Assembly: GCA_049518775.1 (NCBI GenBank) | Contig: JBEKRL010000016.1 | Coordinates: 1-54,877, forward strand | From: Candidatus Dormibacteria bacterium | GTDB lineage: Bacteria > Chloroflexota > Dormibacteria > Aeolococcales > Bog-877 | Direction: 5' to 3' | Length of the DNA: 54,877 nt | Shown: positions 28,120 through 37,561 of the stretch, piece by piece | Numbering within the stretch: position 1 is the stretch's first letter | How the letters are laid out: each line of letters begins with the position of its first letter | Notes under the pieces: generated by a model | Told to the model about the DNA's origin: nothing | What the model saw: the letters and a program-made list of their open reading frames with translations, nothing else | Database searches by the model: none | Made by a program: the position numbers and the translations under genes

Positions 28120-28680
28120 ATGAGCATGAACATGTCGCGCGCCGACCGGGATGCGCGCGGTGAGCTGACCGAGCGGGTGGTCAGTCTCAACCGAGTGGCC
28201 AAGGTGGTCAAGGGCGGCCGGCGCTTCTCCTTCAGCGCCCTGGTGGTGGTCGGTGACGGCGCCGGCAGGGTCGGGGCCGGGCTGGGCAAGGCAGGAGAGG
28301 TCCCCGAGGCGATCCGCAAGGGGGTCGACGACGCCAAGAAGCACATGATCCGAGTGCCGATGGTGGGCCGGACCATCCCCCACGAGGTCCTCCTCAAGGA
28401 GGGGGCGGCAAAGGTTCTGCTGCGGCCGGCCTCGCCGGGGACGGGAGTGATCTCTGGAGGCGCCATGCGGGCGGTGGTGGAGCTGGCCGGGATCAAGGAC
28501 ATCCTCACCAAATCGCTGGGGACCGACAACCCGATCAACACCGTTCGGGCCACCATGTCCGCCCTCCGCCAGCTGCGCACCGCCGAAACGGTGGCGGCGC
28601 TGAGGGGTAAGACCCTGGCGGAGCTGGGGCTGCGGCCCTCTGAGGTGGCGGCGGGTGCCGATGAGGCCTCCGGTGAGTGA
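28120..28680 (+). CDS. rpsE: 30S ribosomal protein S5
   Basis: [23 protein letters not shown]; several candidate starts between 28117 and 28132. Confidence 0.98.
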   Translation: MSMNMSRADRDARGELTERVVSLNRVAKVVKGGRRFSFSALVVVGDGAGRVGAGLGKAGEVPEAIRKGVDDAKKHMIRVPMVGRTIPHEVLLKEGAAKVLLRPASPGTGVISGGAMRAVVELAGIKDILTKSLGTDNPINTVRATMSALRQLRTAETVAALRGKTLAELGLRPSEVAAGADEASGE

Positions 28681-28915
28681 GCCGGCCCAGGGGCTGCGGG
28701 TGACCTGGGTGAAGAGCGCGATCGGGTACTCGGACGACCAGAAGCGGACCATCGCCGCCCTGGGCTTGAAGCGGTTGCACCAGACGGTCGAGCACCGGGA
28801 CTCTCCCTCGGTTCGGGGCATGGTCAAGGCAGTCCGGCACCTGGTGGTGGTGGAGGAGCTCCCGGCCGGCCAGGCCTCCGTGCCCCGCCGCGCGGCGAGG
28901 AGTTGGCGCCGGTGA
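28673..28915 (+). CDS. rpmD: 50S ribosomal protein L30
   Basis: [29 protein letters not shown]. Confidence 0.96.
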   Translation: MSEPAQGLRVTWVKSAIGYSDDQKRTIAALGLKRLHQTVEHRDSPSVRGMVKAVRHLVVVEELPAGQASVPRRAARSWRR

Positions 28916-29499
28916 GGCTGGACGACCTGAGGCCGGCGGCGGGTAGTCGGCGCCCGCGCAAGCGAGTCGGCCGGGGCATCTCCGCCGGGGGGGGCAAGAC
29001 CGCGGGCCGGGGCCAGAAGGGCCAGGGCTCGCGCAGCTCCTGGAGCCTGCCCAGGGGCTTCGAGGGCGGCCAGATGCCCCTGACGCAGCGGGTCCCCAAG
29101 CTGCGGGGCTTCCACAACCGATTCCGGGTTGAGTACCAGGTCGTCAATTGTGGCAAGCTGGCGCGCTTCGATGCTGGCTCGGTGGTGGACGGGGAGGGGC
29201 TGCGCAAGTCGGGGTTGGTGCGCCATCCCCACCGGCCGATCAAGCTGCTGGCCGGCGGGGGAGTGCCCCCCAAGCTCACTGTCCGGGTGAACCGTGCCAG
29301 CCGGGCGGCTGTGGAGCTGATCACCAAGGCGGGGGGCACGGTGGAGCTGCTCGACGGTCGGAGGCCGGCCGAGGTGGCGCAGACGGGCCTGCCCACGGCG
29401 AGCTCGGCCAGGGCCGAGGGGACTGAAGCAGTAGGGGCAGCGGGGGTTTCGGAGCCGGAGGCTGAGGCCGAAGGCGGAGGGCAGGAAACCTCGGCATGA
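28912..29499 (+). CDS. rplO: 50S ribosomal protein L15 with C-terminal extension
   Basis: [28 protein letters not shown]. Confidence 0.97.
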   Translation: MRLDDLRPAAGSRRPRKRVGRGISAGGGKTAGRGQKGQGSRSSWSLPRGFEGGQMPLTQRVPKLRGFHNRFRVEYQVVNCGKLARFDAGSVVDGEGLRKSGLVRHPHRPIKLLAGGGVPPKLTVRVNRASRAAVELITKAGGTVELLDGRRPAEVAQTGLPTASSARAEGTEAVGAAGVSEPEAEAEGGGQETSA

Positions 29500-30851
29500 A
29501 CCTGTTCGGGGCCCTCCGTGCCGCCATGCAGGTCCCCGAGCTTCGGCGCAAGCTGCTCATCACCATCGGCCTGCTCTGTGTTTTCCGGGCCCTGGCCACC
29601 ATCACCATCCCCGGGGTCAATCAGGCGGCCCTGGAGCAGCTCTTCCAGAGCAACGGCCTGCTGGGGCTGGTCAACCTCTTCTCGGGCAGCGGCTTTGCCA
29701 CGTCGGGCACCAACGCCGGGATCTCAGTTGTGGCCTTGGGGCTGAACCCCTACATCAACGCCACCATCATCATGCAGTTGATGACGGTGATCTCCACCAG
29801 GGTGAAGGAGATGTCCCGGGAGGGGGACCTGGGTCGCCGCCGACTGACGCAGTATGCCCGCTACCTCACCGTGGCGCTGGCGATGCTCCAGGGCTTCGGC
29901 TACACACGGCTCTTTCAGAGCTACAGCTTCAACGGCCAGACCATTCTCTCCAGTAGCACCCCCTGGACGACCATCGTGGAGATCGTGGTCATCCTGACCG
30001 CGGGAACGGTGATCATCATGTGGTTCGGGGAGCTGATCACCGAGTACGGGCTCGGCAACGGGGTCTCGATCATCATCATGGCGGGGATCCTGGGGCAGAT
30101 CCCCGGGAGCATCCTGGCCTTCACCAACGGTGGCACCGCGCAGACTTTCACCATCTTCATGTTCGCGGTGATCGGGATCGTGGTCGCGGCCGGGATCATC
30201 TTCGTGCAGCAGGCCACTCGAAAGATCCCCATTCAGTCGGCCCAGCGCGTGGTGGGACGGCAGGTCTACCAGGGGCGCAGCAGCTTTCTGCCGCTGCGGG
30301 TGAATCAGGCCGGGGTGATCCCCATCATCTTCGCCATCTCGATCATGTTCTTCCCCACGATATTCGGCAATTTCTTCACCCCGGCCGCGGGTGCCAAGGC
30401 CAGCTTCATCGGCCAACTGGCGACCTGGATCCACACCAACTGGAACCCCTTCGGGCCTATCGTCTGGGTGGACATCGGATACGAGGTGATTTACTTTGCC
30501 CTGATCATGGGCTTCACCTTCTTCTACACCTCGGTGACCTTCGACCCGGAGGATGCCGCCGACAACCTGAAGAAGAGTGCCACCTTCATTCCGGGCATCC
30601 GCCCCGGTCGGGCCACCGCGCAATACCTGGCCCGAGTGATGAGCCGGATAACCCTGGCGGGGGCCATCTTCTTGGGAGTCATCACGGTGGTGCTGCCGAT
30701 CGCCACCGCTCTGCTCACCGGGCAGCAGCCGAGTTCGGGCCTGTACCTGGGAGGGACCGCGGTACTGATCGTGGTGGGGGTGTCGCTGGATACCATGAAA
30801 CAGCTGGAAACCCAGCTCTTGATGCGACAGTACCGGGGGTTCATCCATTGA
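29496..30851 (+). CDS. secY: Preprotein translocase subunit SecY
   Basis: LGLNPYINATIIMQL, GLGNGVSIII, AGVIPIIFA, FIPGIRPG. Confidence 0.99.
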   Translation: MNLFGALRAAMQVPELRRKLLITIGLLCVFRALATITIPGVNQAALEQLFQSNGLLGLVNLFSGSGFATSGTNAGISVVALGLNPYINATIIMQLMTVISTRVKEMSREGDLGRRRLTQYARYLTVALAMLQGFGYTRLFQSYSFNGQTILSSSTPWTTIVEIVVILTAGTVIIMWFGELITEYGLGNGVSIIIMAGILGQIPGSILAFTNGGTAQTFTIFMFAVIGIVVAAGIIFVQQATRKIPIQSAQRVVGRQVYQGRSSFLPLRVNQAGVIPIIFAISIMFFPTIFGNFFTPAAGAKASFIGQLATWIHTNWNPFGPIVWVDIGYEVIYFALIMGFTFFYTSVTFDPEDAADNLKKSATFIPGIRPGRATAQYLARVMSRITLAGAIFLGVITVVLPIATALLTGQQPSSGLYLGGTAVLIVVGVSLDTMKQLETQLLMRQYRGFIH

Positions 30852-31444
30852 CAGTGGTCAGCGGGGCAGCTCGGGGGGCGCGGCACAATCTCGTCATCGT
30901 GGGCCCGGCCGGTTCGGGCAAGGGCACCCAGGCGGCGTTCCTGAAGCGATCCCTCGGGGTGGAGCACCTGGCCACCGGGGACATGCTCCGCGAGGAGCGC
31001 GCCCGGGGGACCGAACTGGGGCAGAGGGTGGTCTCGTACCTTGACGCGGGCAAGCTGGTGCCAGACGACGTGATCGTGGCCATGATCCGGCAGCGCCTCG
31101 AGGAGACCCCGGCCGGCGCCGGGTTCGTGCTGGACGGATTCCCGCGCACGGTCGCTCAGGCTCGGTCCCTCCAAGAAATGCTGGCCGACCTGGGACGTCC
31201 CCTGGACCTGGTGATCGTGCTGGAGGTGCCCACCGACGACCTGGTTGCCCGGCTGGCACGCAGGGCCGTGCTCGAGAAGCGTGGCGACGACACGCCGTCG
31301 GCGATCGCTGAGCGGCTGCGGCTCTACCACGAGCAGACCGAGCCGGTGCTGGACTACCTCGGCCAGACCGTCCCCATGGTCAGGTTGGATGGAACCAGGT
31401 CGATTGAGCAGACCAACCAGCTGCTACTCGAGGCGATTGGATGA
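30848..31444 (+). CDS. adk: Adenylate kinase (short form, reduced LID)
   Basis: GPAGSGKGTQA, LDGFPRT, RGDD; TTGA overlap with secY. Confidence 0.97.
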   Translation: MTVVSGAARGARHNLVIVGPAGSGKGTQAAFLKRSLGVEHLATGDMLREERARGTELGQRVVSYLDAGKLVPDDVIVAMIRQRLEETPAGAGFVLDGFPRTVAQARSLQEMLADLGRPLDLVIVLEVPTDDLVARLARRAVLEKRGDDTPSAIAERLRLYHEQTEPVLDYLGQTVPMVRLDGTRSIEQTNQLLLEAIG

Positions 31445-32199
31445 TCACCCTGAAACGCCGCCAGGAGGTCGACCTGATGCGCCGGGCGGGCCGGATGCTC
31501 GCCGAGGTACTCGACCATCTGGCCTCCCTGGTCCGGCCGGGGATCACCCCGACCGAGATAGACCGCGTCGCCAACCGAGAGATCCGCCGTCGCGACTGCT
31601 TTCCTGGCTTCCTGGGCTATGACGGTTTCCCCAAGCATCTCTGTGTCTCGGTCAACCAGCAGGTGGTGCACGGGATCCCCGACGGCAGGCGAGTCGTCGA
31701 AGGCGACTTGGTCAGCCTGGACTGCGGGCTCATCTACCAGGGCTGGTGGGCGGATGCCGGGCTCACCGTCGGGTGTGGAGAGGTGGATCCCGAGGCGGCC
31801 CGCCTGATGCGGGTGACCCGGGAAGCGTTGGAGCTGGGGGTCAAGGCGGCCGTGCCCGGCAATCACATTGGCGACATCGGCCATGCTGTCCAGACCCATG
31901 TGGAGGGCAATGGGTTCTCGGTGGTGCGCGGCTACACCGGTCACGGCATCGGCCGGGACATGCACGAAGACCCCGAGGTTCCCAACCACGGTGCCCCGGG
32001 GCGTGGGCTCGAGATCCGGTCCGGGCTCTGCCTTGCCATTGAGCCGATCGTCAACGAGGGGCTGCCCGCCACCGCGGTGGGGCCGGATGGATGGACGGTG
32101 GTCACCACCGATGGCAGGCGCTCGTGTTACTTCGAGCACACCATCGCGGTGGGCGATGATGGCCCCGAGATCCTCACCTGCCTGGAGGGGGCCGTCTAG
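31441..32199 (+). CDS. map: Methionine aminopeptidase type I
   Basis: [35 protein letters not shown]. Confidence 0.98.
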   Translation: MITLKRRQEVDLMRRAGRMLAEVLDHLASLVRPGITPTEIDRVANREIRRRDCFPGFLGYDGFPKHLCVSVNQQVVHGIPDGRRVVEGDLVSLDCGLIYQGWWADAGLTVGCGEVDPEAARLMRVTREALELGVKAAVPGNHIGDIGHAVQTHVEGNGFSVVRGYTGHGIGRDMHEDPEVPNHGAPGRGLEIRSGLCLAIEPIVNEGLPATAVGPDGWTVVTTDGRRSCYFEHTIAVGDDGPEILTCLEGAV

Positions 32200-32275
32200 G
32201 TGGCCTTCAGCTCCCCCCACATCGGCTATACTTTCCCGCGGGCGAAGCTCGCTCGGTGTTCGCGTGCCCATCACC

Positions 32276-32488
32276 ATGAATGACCCCGGCGGTCTCCGGG
32301 GCAGGGTCCTTGAGCCTCTGCCGAACTCGCTCTTCAGGGTGGAGTTGGAGAGTGGGAGCAAGGTGGTGGCCCACGCGGCAGGACGGGCCCGTCTGGCGAG
32401 CGTGCGTCTACTACCCGGTGATCGGGTTCTGGTCGAGCTGTCGACCACCGATCCGGGGCGAGGGCGGATTTTGGCCCGTCTGGTCTGA
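32276..32488 (+). CDS. infA: Translation initiation factor IF-1 (divergent)
   Basis: [28 protein letters not shown]; position between map and rpmJ; TATACT at 32227-32232. Confidence 0.88.
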   Translation: MNDPGGLRGRVLEPLPNSLFRVELESGSKVVAHAAGRARLASVRLLPGDRVLVELSTTDPGRGRILARLV

Positions 32489-32516
32489 TGAGTGGTTCAG
32501 CGGCAGGGAGCGTGGC

Positions 32517-32630
32517 ATGAAGGTCCGGGCCTCGGTAAAGAAGATCTGCGACAAGTGCAAGATCGTCCGCCGCGGAGGCACGGTACGGGTCATCTGCGAG
32601 AACCCCAAGCACAAGCAGCGGCAAGGTTGA
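32517..32630 (+). CDS. rpmJ: 50S ribosomal protein L36
   Basis: [37 protein letters not shown]. Confidence 0.99.
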   Translation: MKVRASVKKICDKCKIVRRGGTVRVICENPKHKQRQG

Positions 32631-32643
32631 GGCTGGAGGACTG

Positions 32644-33027
32644 ATGGCCCGGATCGCCGGCGTTGATCTCCCTCGGGGCAAGCGGATCGAGGTGGCGCTC
32701 ACCTACGTCTACGGTATCGGCCTCTCCACCAGCCACAAACTGCTGCGGATTGCCCAGATCGACCAGGACATCAAGACCGATGACCTCACCGAGACCCAGG
32801 TGGTGCGGCTCCGGGACGTGATCGCCAAGGAGCTGCCGGGTCGGGTGGAGGGCGACCTGCGCCGCCAGGTGGCGCTCAACATCAAGCGCCTCATGGAGAT
32901 CGGCACCTACCGGGGGCTCCGCCACCGCCGGGGGTTGCCGGTCAGGGGCCAGCGGACCCGAACCAACGCCAGGTCGAGGCGAGGGCCGCGAAAGACCGTG
33001 GGCGTGCGGCGGAAGAAGGGCAAGTGA
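32644..33027 (+). CDS. rpsM: 30S ribosomal protein S13
   Basis: [27 protein letters not shown]. Confidence 0.99.
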   Translation: MARIAGVDLPRGKRIEVALTYVYGIGLSTSHKLLRIAQIDQDIKTDDLTETQVVRLRDVIAKELPGRVEGDLRRQVALNIKRLMEIGTYRGLRHRRGLPVRGQRTRTNARSRRGPRKTVGVRRKKGK

Positions 33028-33075
33028 CGGTAGGCCGGCCGCTGGGGCCCGTGGGCCGTCAGGTCAGGAGCTGAA

Positions 33076-33471
33076 TTGGCGAAGAAGAAGAAGGTGGTGC
33101 GGACCAGGCGCCGGGAGCGCAAGAACATCGCGGTCGGCCGCGCCCACGTGTTCAGCACCTTCAACAACACCATCGTGACCCTGACCGACCCCGCCGGTAA
33201 CGTGATCGCTTGGGGCAGTGCTGGCTCTTCGGGGTTCAAGGGCTCACGCAAGAGCACCCCCTTCGCGGCCCAGGTCACCGCAGAGAGTGCTGCCAAGCGG
33301 GCGATGGAGCACGGGCTGAAGGCGGTCGAGGTGCTGGTCAAGGGTCCCGGCGCGGGGCGCGAGGCCGCCATCCGATCTCTGCAGGCGGCCGGGCTCGAGG
33401 TGAGCTCGATCAGTGACGTCACCCCGGTCCCCCACAACGGCTGCCGTCCTCCCAAGCGGCGTCGGGTCTGA
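33076..33471 (+). CDS. rpsK: 30S ribosomal protein S11
   Basis: [36 protein letters not shown]. Confidence 0.99.
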   Translation: MAKKKKVVRTRRRERKNIAVGRAHVFSTFNNTIVTLTDPAGNVIAWGSAGSSGFKGSRKSTPFAAQVTAESAAKRAMEHGLKAVEVLVKGPGAGREAAIRSLQAAGLEVSSISDVTPVPHNGCRPPKRRRV

Positions 33472-33484
33472 GGAGCAAGTCAAG

Positions 33485-34117
33485 ATGGCGAATCCCCATC
33501 CGCCGGTGTGTCGGCTCTGCCGTCGGGAGGGCGTCAAGCTTTTCCTCAAGGGTGACAAGTGCGTCGGCGACCGCTGCACCTTCACCAAGAGGAATGCCAC
33601 CCCGCCCGGCCAGCACGGGCTCTCCCGGAGGCGGCGGATCAGTGAGTACGGCATCCAGCTGAGGGCGAAGCAGCGGGGCCGCCGGATCTACGGAGTTCTG
33701 GAGACCCAGTTCCACAACTACTTCGACGCCGCCGCCACCCGTAAGGGGGTCACCGGTACCGTCCTCCTGCAGATGCTGGAACAGCGCCTGGACAACGTGG
33801 TCTACCGGGCCGGCTTCGCTTCTTCACGGCGGGAGGCACGCCAGTTGGTCTCCCACCGCCACTTCAAGGTGGACGGCAGGGCCGTCAACATCCCCTCCTT
33901 CCAGGTGAAGGCCGGTCAGGTGATCACGGTGCGGGACCGCAGCCGTGACCTGGAGCCGATTCGGCGTTCACTGGAGGCACGGGGTGGGCAGAACCTTCCC
34001 GATTGGCTGACCCTGGCCCCCGAGGAGCGTCGGGTGGACATCACTCGGCCGCCGGAGCGGCAGGAGATGGAAACCAGCATCGACGAGCAGCTCATCGTCG
34101 AGTACTACTCCCGATAG
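33485..34117 (+). CDS. rpsD: 30S ribosomal protein S4 (Zn-binding type)
   Basis: CRLCRREGVKLFLKGDKC, LEQRLDNVVYR, LIVEYYSR. Confidence 0.98.
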   Translation: MANPHPPVCRLCRREGVKLFLKGDKCVGDRCTFTKRNATPPGQHGLSRRRRISEYGIQLRAKQRGRRIYGVLETQFHNYFDAAATRKGVTGTVLLQMLEQRLDNVVYRAGFASSRREARQLVSHRHFKVDGRAVNIPSFQVKAGQVITVRDRSRDLEPIRRSLEARGGQNLPDWLTLAPEERRVDITRPPERQEMETSIDEQLIVEYYSR

Positions 34118-34159
34118 CCCAGGGCCGTGGGCTAGCTACCAACGAGGACATTGCCAGTT

Positions 34160-35131
34160 ATGCCAGAGACCGCGATTCAGCCAACCGTCCACGAGGTGGA
34201 GACGTCCGCCAATCACGGGCGGTTCGAGATCGAGCCGCTCGAGGCGGGCTACGGAACCACCCTGGGCAACTCGCTTCGCCGCGTGCTGCTCTCGTCGCTC
34301 ACCGGGGCGGCGGTGACGGCGGTGTCTATCGAGGGGGTGGCCCACGAGTTTTCCAGTCTCAAGTACGTGAAGGAGGACGTGGGCGAGATCCTGCTCAACA
34401 TCAAGCAGCTCAGCCTGGTCTGCCACAACCCCGACGGGGCCCACCTCTCTCTGGACGTGCAGGGTGGGCGGACGGTGACTGCGGCCGCCATCGCGCCCAA
34501 TGCCGACGTCGAGATCGCCAACCGTGACCTCTACCTCTGCACCCTGGATGGGGACCAGGCCAAGCTGCGCATGGACCTGACCGTGGAGCTGGGCAAGGGC
34601 TACTCTCCCGCCGAGCGCAACAAGAAGGAGGGCCAGCCGATCGGGGTGATTGCGGTCGACGCCATCTTCACCCCGGTAGCCAAGGCCAACTTCATGGTCG
34701 AGAAGACCAGGGTCGGTCAGGACACCGACTGGGAGAAGTTGATCCTCGAGGTCTGGACCAACGGAACCATCCCTCCGGTCGAGGCGGTGAGCCGGGCGGC
34801 CGAGTACTACATGCGCCACCTGAAGCTGTTCGCGAGTTTCGGCGAGAGCCTGACCGAGACCATCATCGGGGCGACGGTGGGGACGGACCTGAAGAGCCGC
34901 TTGGCCGACGTGCCGGTGGAGGAGTTGGAGTTGAGTGTTCGGGCCCTCAACTGCCTCAAGGCCAACGACATAACCAAGCTGGGCGAGCTCCTGGCGCTGC
35001 GGGTTGAGGAGTTGCTGGCGCTGCGCAACTTCGGCAGCAAGTCCCTGGACGAGATCAAGCAGAAGTTGGTCCTGCGTGGCTTCGTCCAGGCCGATGAGGT
35101 CGACGAGCTCTTTGCGTCGGGAGACCGGTAG
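34160..35131 (+). CDS. rpoA: RNA polymerase alpha subunit
   Basis: EPLEAGYGTTLGNSLRRVLLSS, LSVRALNCLK, RNFGSKSLDEI; alternative TTG start at 34151. Confidence 0.98.
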   Translation: MPETAIQPTVHEVETSANHGRFEIEPLEAGYGTTLGNSLRRVLLSSLTGAAVTAVSIEGVAHEFSSLKYVKEDVGEILLNIKQLSLVCHNPDGAHLSLDVQGGRTVTAAAIAPNADVEIANRDLYLCTLDGDQAKLRMDLTVELGKGYSPAERNKKEGQPIGVIAVDAIFTPVAKANFMVEKTRVGQDTDWEKLILEVWTNGTIPPVEAVSRAAEYYMRHLKLFASFGESLTETIIGATVGTDLKSRLADVPVEELELSVRALNCLKANDITKLGELLALRVEELLALRNFGSKSLDEIKQKLVLRGFVQADEVDELFASGDR

Positions 35132-35137
35132 CAGGCG

Positions 35138-35491
35138 ATGCGTCATCTCAAGGCCGGCCGCAAGCTGGGGCGCACCTCCGCCCATCGGATCGCGCTGACG
35201 CGGAACCTCACGACCGCACTGCTGGAGCATGGGCGGATCGAGACCACGGAGGCCAAGGCCAAGGAACTGCGGCGGTGGGTCGAGCGCATCGTCACGACGG
35301 CCAAGAGCGACGACGTGGCGGCCCGGCGCCGGGTGGCGGCCGTCGTCTACCGCGAGGAGGTGGCGGCCAAGCTGTTCAGTCAGTACGCCGAGCGCTACCG
35401 CGAGCGCCCGGGCGGCTACACCCGCATCGTCCGCCGGGGCCCCCGACTGGGGGACGGCGCCACGGTGGTGGTGATGGAGATGGTGGACTAG
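35138..35491 (+). CDS. rplQ: 50S ribosomal protein L17
   Basis: MRH..GRKLGRTSAHR, TTEAKAKE, RPGGYTRI. Confidence 0.98.
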   Translation: MRHLKAGRKLGRTSAHRIALTRNLTTALLEHGRIETTEAKAKELRRWVERIVTTAKSDDVAARRRVAAVVYREEVAAKLFSQYAERYRERPGGYTRIVRRGPRLGDGATVVVMEMVD

Positions 35492-36273
35492 TGGCGGGTC
35501 CGGCTGCGGCGGGCTACCGGCTGGTGATCGCCTATGACGGCACCCGCTATCACGGCTGGCAGGCCCAGCCTCAGGTCGCGACCGTCGAGGGTGAGCTGAG
35601 CCGGGCGCTGGCCGAGCTGACCCAGGAGCGCCCGGTGATCAGCGCCGCGGGGCGGACGGACGCCGGGGCTCACGCCCATGGCCAGGTGGTCTCCTTCAGC
35701 CTCTCGTCCGAGTGGAGCGCCGAGGCGCTGAAGGGGGGATGCAACGCCCGCCTCCCGGAGGATATCGGGGTGCTGGAGGCGGCCATGGTGGGGGTGGATT
35801 TCCATGCCCGCTGGCAGGCCTGGCGGCGGACCTATCGCTATCTGTTCCGCGAGTCCGCGGCCCCGGCCCCGGTGGGCCGACAGTACGAGTGGAGGCTAAG
35901 CGGTCCCCTGGAGCTGGCCCCGATGGAGCAGGCAGCCAGGCTGCTGGTGGGAAGTCACGATTTCGGGGCCTTCGGCAGGAGCCCTCGGGTGGGAGGGTCG
36001 ACGGTCCGGACAGTTGATCGAGCTGAGTTAGCTTGGAGTGCGGGCAGGATCACCCTGGAGGTGCGCGCAGACGCCTTCCTCCGGGGGATGATGCGCAACT
36101 TCGCAGGAGCCCTGGTGGCGGTGGGCCGGGGACGTGCCCGAGTTGCGGACCTGGCCCAGGCGCTGGCCGGCGCAGAGCTCTACCATGCCCCCTGGCCGAT
36201 GGCGCCGGCCCACGGGCTGCACCAGTGGCAGGTGGAATACCGCCCCCTTGAGAAGGAGAGGTTGGCAGCATGA
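35491..36273 (+). CDS. truA: tRNA pseudouridine(38-40) synthase
   Basis: IAYDGTRYHGWQ, AGRTDAG, FHAR, GSHDF, FLRGMMR. Confidence 0.96.
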   Translation: MAGPAAAGYRLVIAYDGTRYHGWQAQPQVATVEGELSRALAELTQERPVISAAGRTDAGAHAHGQVVSFSLSSEWSAEALKGGCNARLPEDIGVLEAAMVGVDFHARWQAWRRTYRYLFRESAAPAPVGRQYEWRLSGPLELAPMEQAARLLVGSHDFGAFGRSPRVGGSTVRTVDRAELAWSAGRITLEVRADAFLRGMMRNFAGALVAVGRGRARVADLAQALAGAELYHAPWPMAPAHGLHQWQVEYRPLEKERLAA

Positions 36274-36740
36274 GCGCGGTGGCGCAGCGCAGCTTCGTGG
36301 CCGTCGAGCATCCGGGAGGGGACGATTGGCTGCTGGTGGACGCCCGCGGCGAGACGCTGGGCCGACTGGCGGTGAACCTGGCCCGAGTGCTGCGGGGCAA
36401 GCATCGTCCCACCTACACTCCCCACGCCCTCTGCGGCGATCAGGTGGTGGTGATCAACGCCGCCGAGATTGTGGTGACCGGAGCCAAGCGCACCGACAAG
36501 ATCTACGACCGCTACAGCGGCTACCCGGGAGGGCGTCGGGAGCGGACCTACCAGGAACTGGTTGACCGCGATCCCACGGCGCCGCTACGGGAGGCTGTGC
36601 GGGGCATGCTCCAGCACAACAATCTGGGCGACCGGCAGCTCCGCAGGCTGAAGATCTACCCTGGTGCGGAGCATCCCCACGAGGCCCAGCAGCCGGTGGG
36701 CGTCAGGTTCGGCGACCATGGAGAGGTAGTCAGGCTGTGA
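36270..36740 (+). CDS. rplM: 50S ribosomal protein L13
   Basis: WLLVDA, LGRLA, GKHRPTYTPH, SGYPGG, HPHEAQ. Confidence 0.98.
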   Translation: MSAVAQRSFVAVEHPGGDDWLLVDARGETLGRLAVNLARVLRGKHRPTYTPHALCGDQVVVINAAEIVVTGAKRTDKIYDRYSGYPGGRRERTYQELVDRDPTAPLREAVRGMLQHNNLGDRQLRRLKIYPGAEHPHEAQQPVGVRFGDHGEVVRL

Positions 36741-37141
36741 GCGATCAGGACCCGACCCGCTATGCCTACGGCACCGGTCGACGGAAGACCGCGGTGGCGC
36801 GGGTGCGGATCTACCCTGGGGAGGGCACGGCCGTGATCAATGACCGGGAGCCACTCCGGCACTTTGGCCGCCGCGAACTGGAGGAGGCCGCTCTCCGCCC
36901 GCTCAAGGTGGCGGGGATGGCAGACCGCTTCAGGGTGTCGGTCAAGGTCGTGGGCGGCGGAGTATCAGGTCAGGCGGGCGCGGTGGCCCACGGGCTGGCC
37001 CGGGCGCTCTGTTCCTGGGATGCAGAACTGAGAGGACCGCTGAAGGCGGCGGGCCTGATGACCAGGGATCCTCGCATGAAGGAGAGGAAGAAGCCTGGAC
37101 TGAAGCGAGCTCGCAAGGCTCCTCAGTACACCAAGCGCTGA
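36737..37141 (+). CDS. rpsI: 30S ribosomal protein S9
   Basis: GTGRRKTAVARV, GGGVSGQAGA, ERKKPGLKRARKAPQYTKR. Confidence 0.98.
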   Translation: MSDQDPTRYAYGTGRRKTAVARVRIYPGEGTAVINDREPLRHFGRRELEEAALRPLKVAGMADRFRVSVKVVGGGVSGQAGAVAHGLARALCSWDAELRGPLKAAGLMTRDPRMKERKKPGLKRARKAPQYTKR

Positions 37142-37172
37142 AACCACTCTCACACCGACCCGTTCCACTACC

Positions 37173-37195
37173 AGTCCCATCGCGTTGGTGGGATT
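37173..37195 (+). terminator. Hairpin after rpsI (possible terminator or processing signal)
   Basis: AGTCCCATC-GCGTT-GGTGGGATT stem with G-U pairs; no U tract. Confidence 0.3.
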
Positions 37196-37216
37196 CGAAT
37201 TCAGCTGGGGATTGAG

Positions 37217-37561
37217 ATGGCCAAGGACTTGCGCGGGCGAGGCTTCCTGGCTGTTACGGACCTCAGCCAGCCGGAGACGCTGGGGCTGCTGGAGACGGCC
37301 TCCTGGCTGAAGCGCGGCTTGGCCTTGGGCGCTCGACGTGCCAGGCGCTCGGTGGCGACCATCCTCCTGCGGGTGAACAACGGCTCCAGGGTCTGCTTCA
37401 AGTCCGAGGTGCATCGGTTCAGGGGACCACCCGATGGCCCTGTTCGACCGGGAGATGGACATGAGCCGCCGAGAGGTGGTTTCTGCCAGGTGGCCAGCTC
37501 GGTCCTGGCCCAGTCGGCGCCGCTGCTGGCGGTGTTCCGTCCCGCGGACCAAGGGCCATGA
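37217..37561 (+). pseudogene. Eroded N-terminal fragment of an ornithine carbamoyltransferase-family gene
   Basis: MAKDLRGRGFLAVTDLS..LLETASWLK resembles the OTCase N-terminus. RSVATILLRVNNGSRVCF aligns to the KxxxxIFxKxSTRTRxSF region with STRT lost. Similarity continues in a second frame (GDHPMALFDREMDMSRREVV), then returns (VASSVLAQ). No C-terminal domain. Confidence 0.7.

Noticed and set aside
30020-31444. 474-aa ORF suggesting a long N-terminal extension of adenylate kinase (same for long upstream extensions of truA, glmS, pcrA, tsaE)
   Set aside because: The extensions overlap upstream genes in another frame; the real starts coincide with stop/start overlaps or conserved N-termini.
25660-34117. 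All Zn-ribbon (C+) forms of L24, S14, L36 and S4 (and L33)
   Set aside because: This is the ancestral state in many Terrabacteria and is not unusual.
37187-37200. GGTGGGATTCGAA, the reverse complement of a tRNA T-arm or att-like sequence, after rpsI
   Set aside because: No matching T stem, no second copy and no integrase nearby; explained by the local hairpin.
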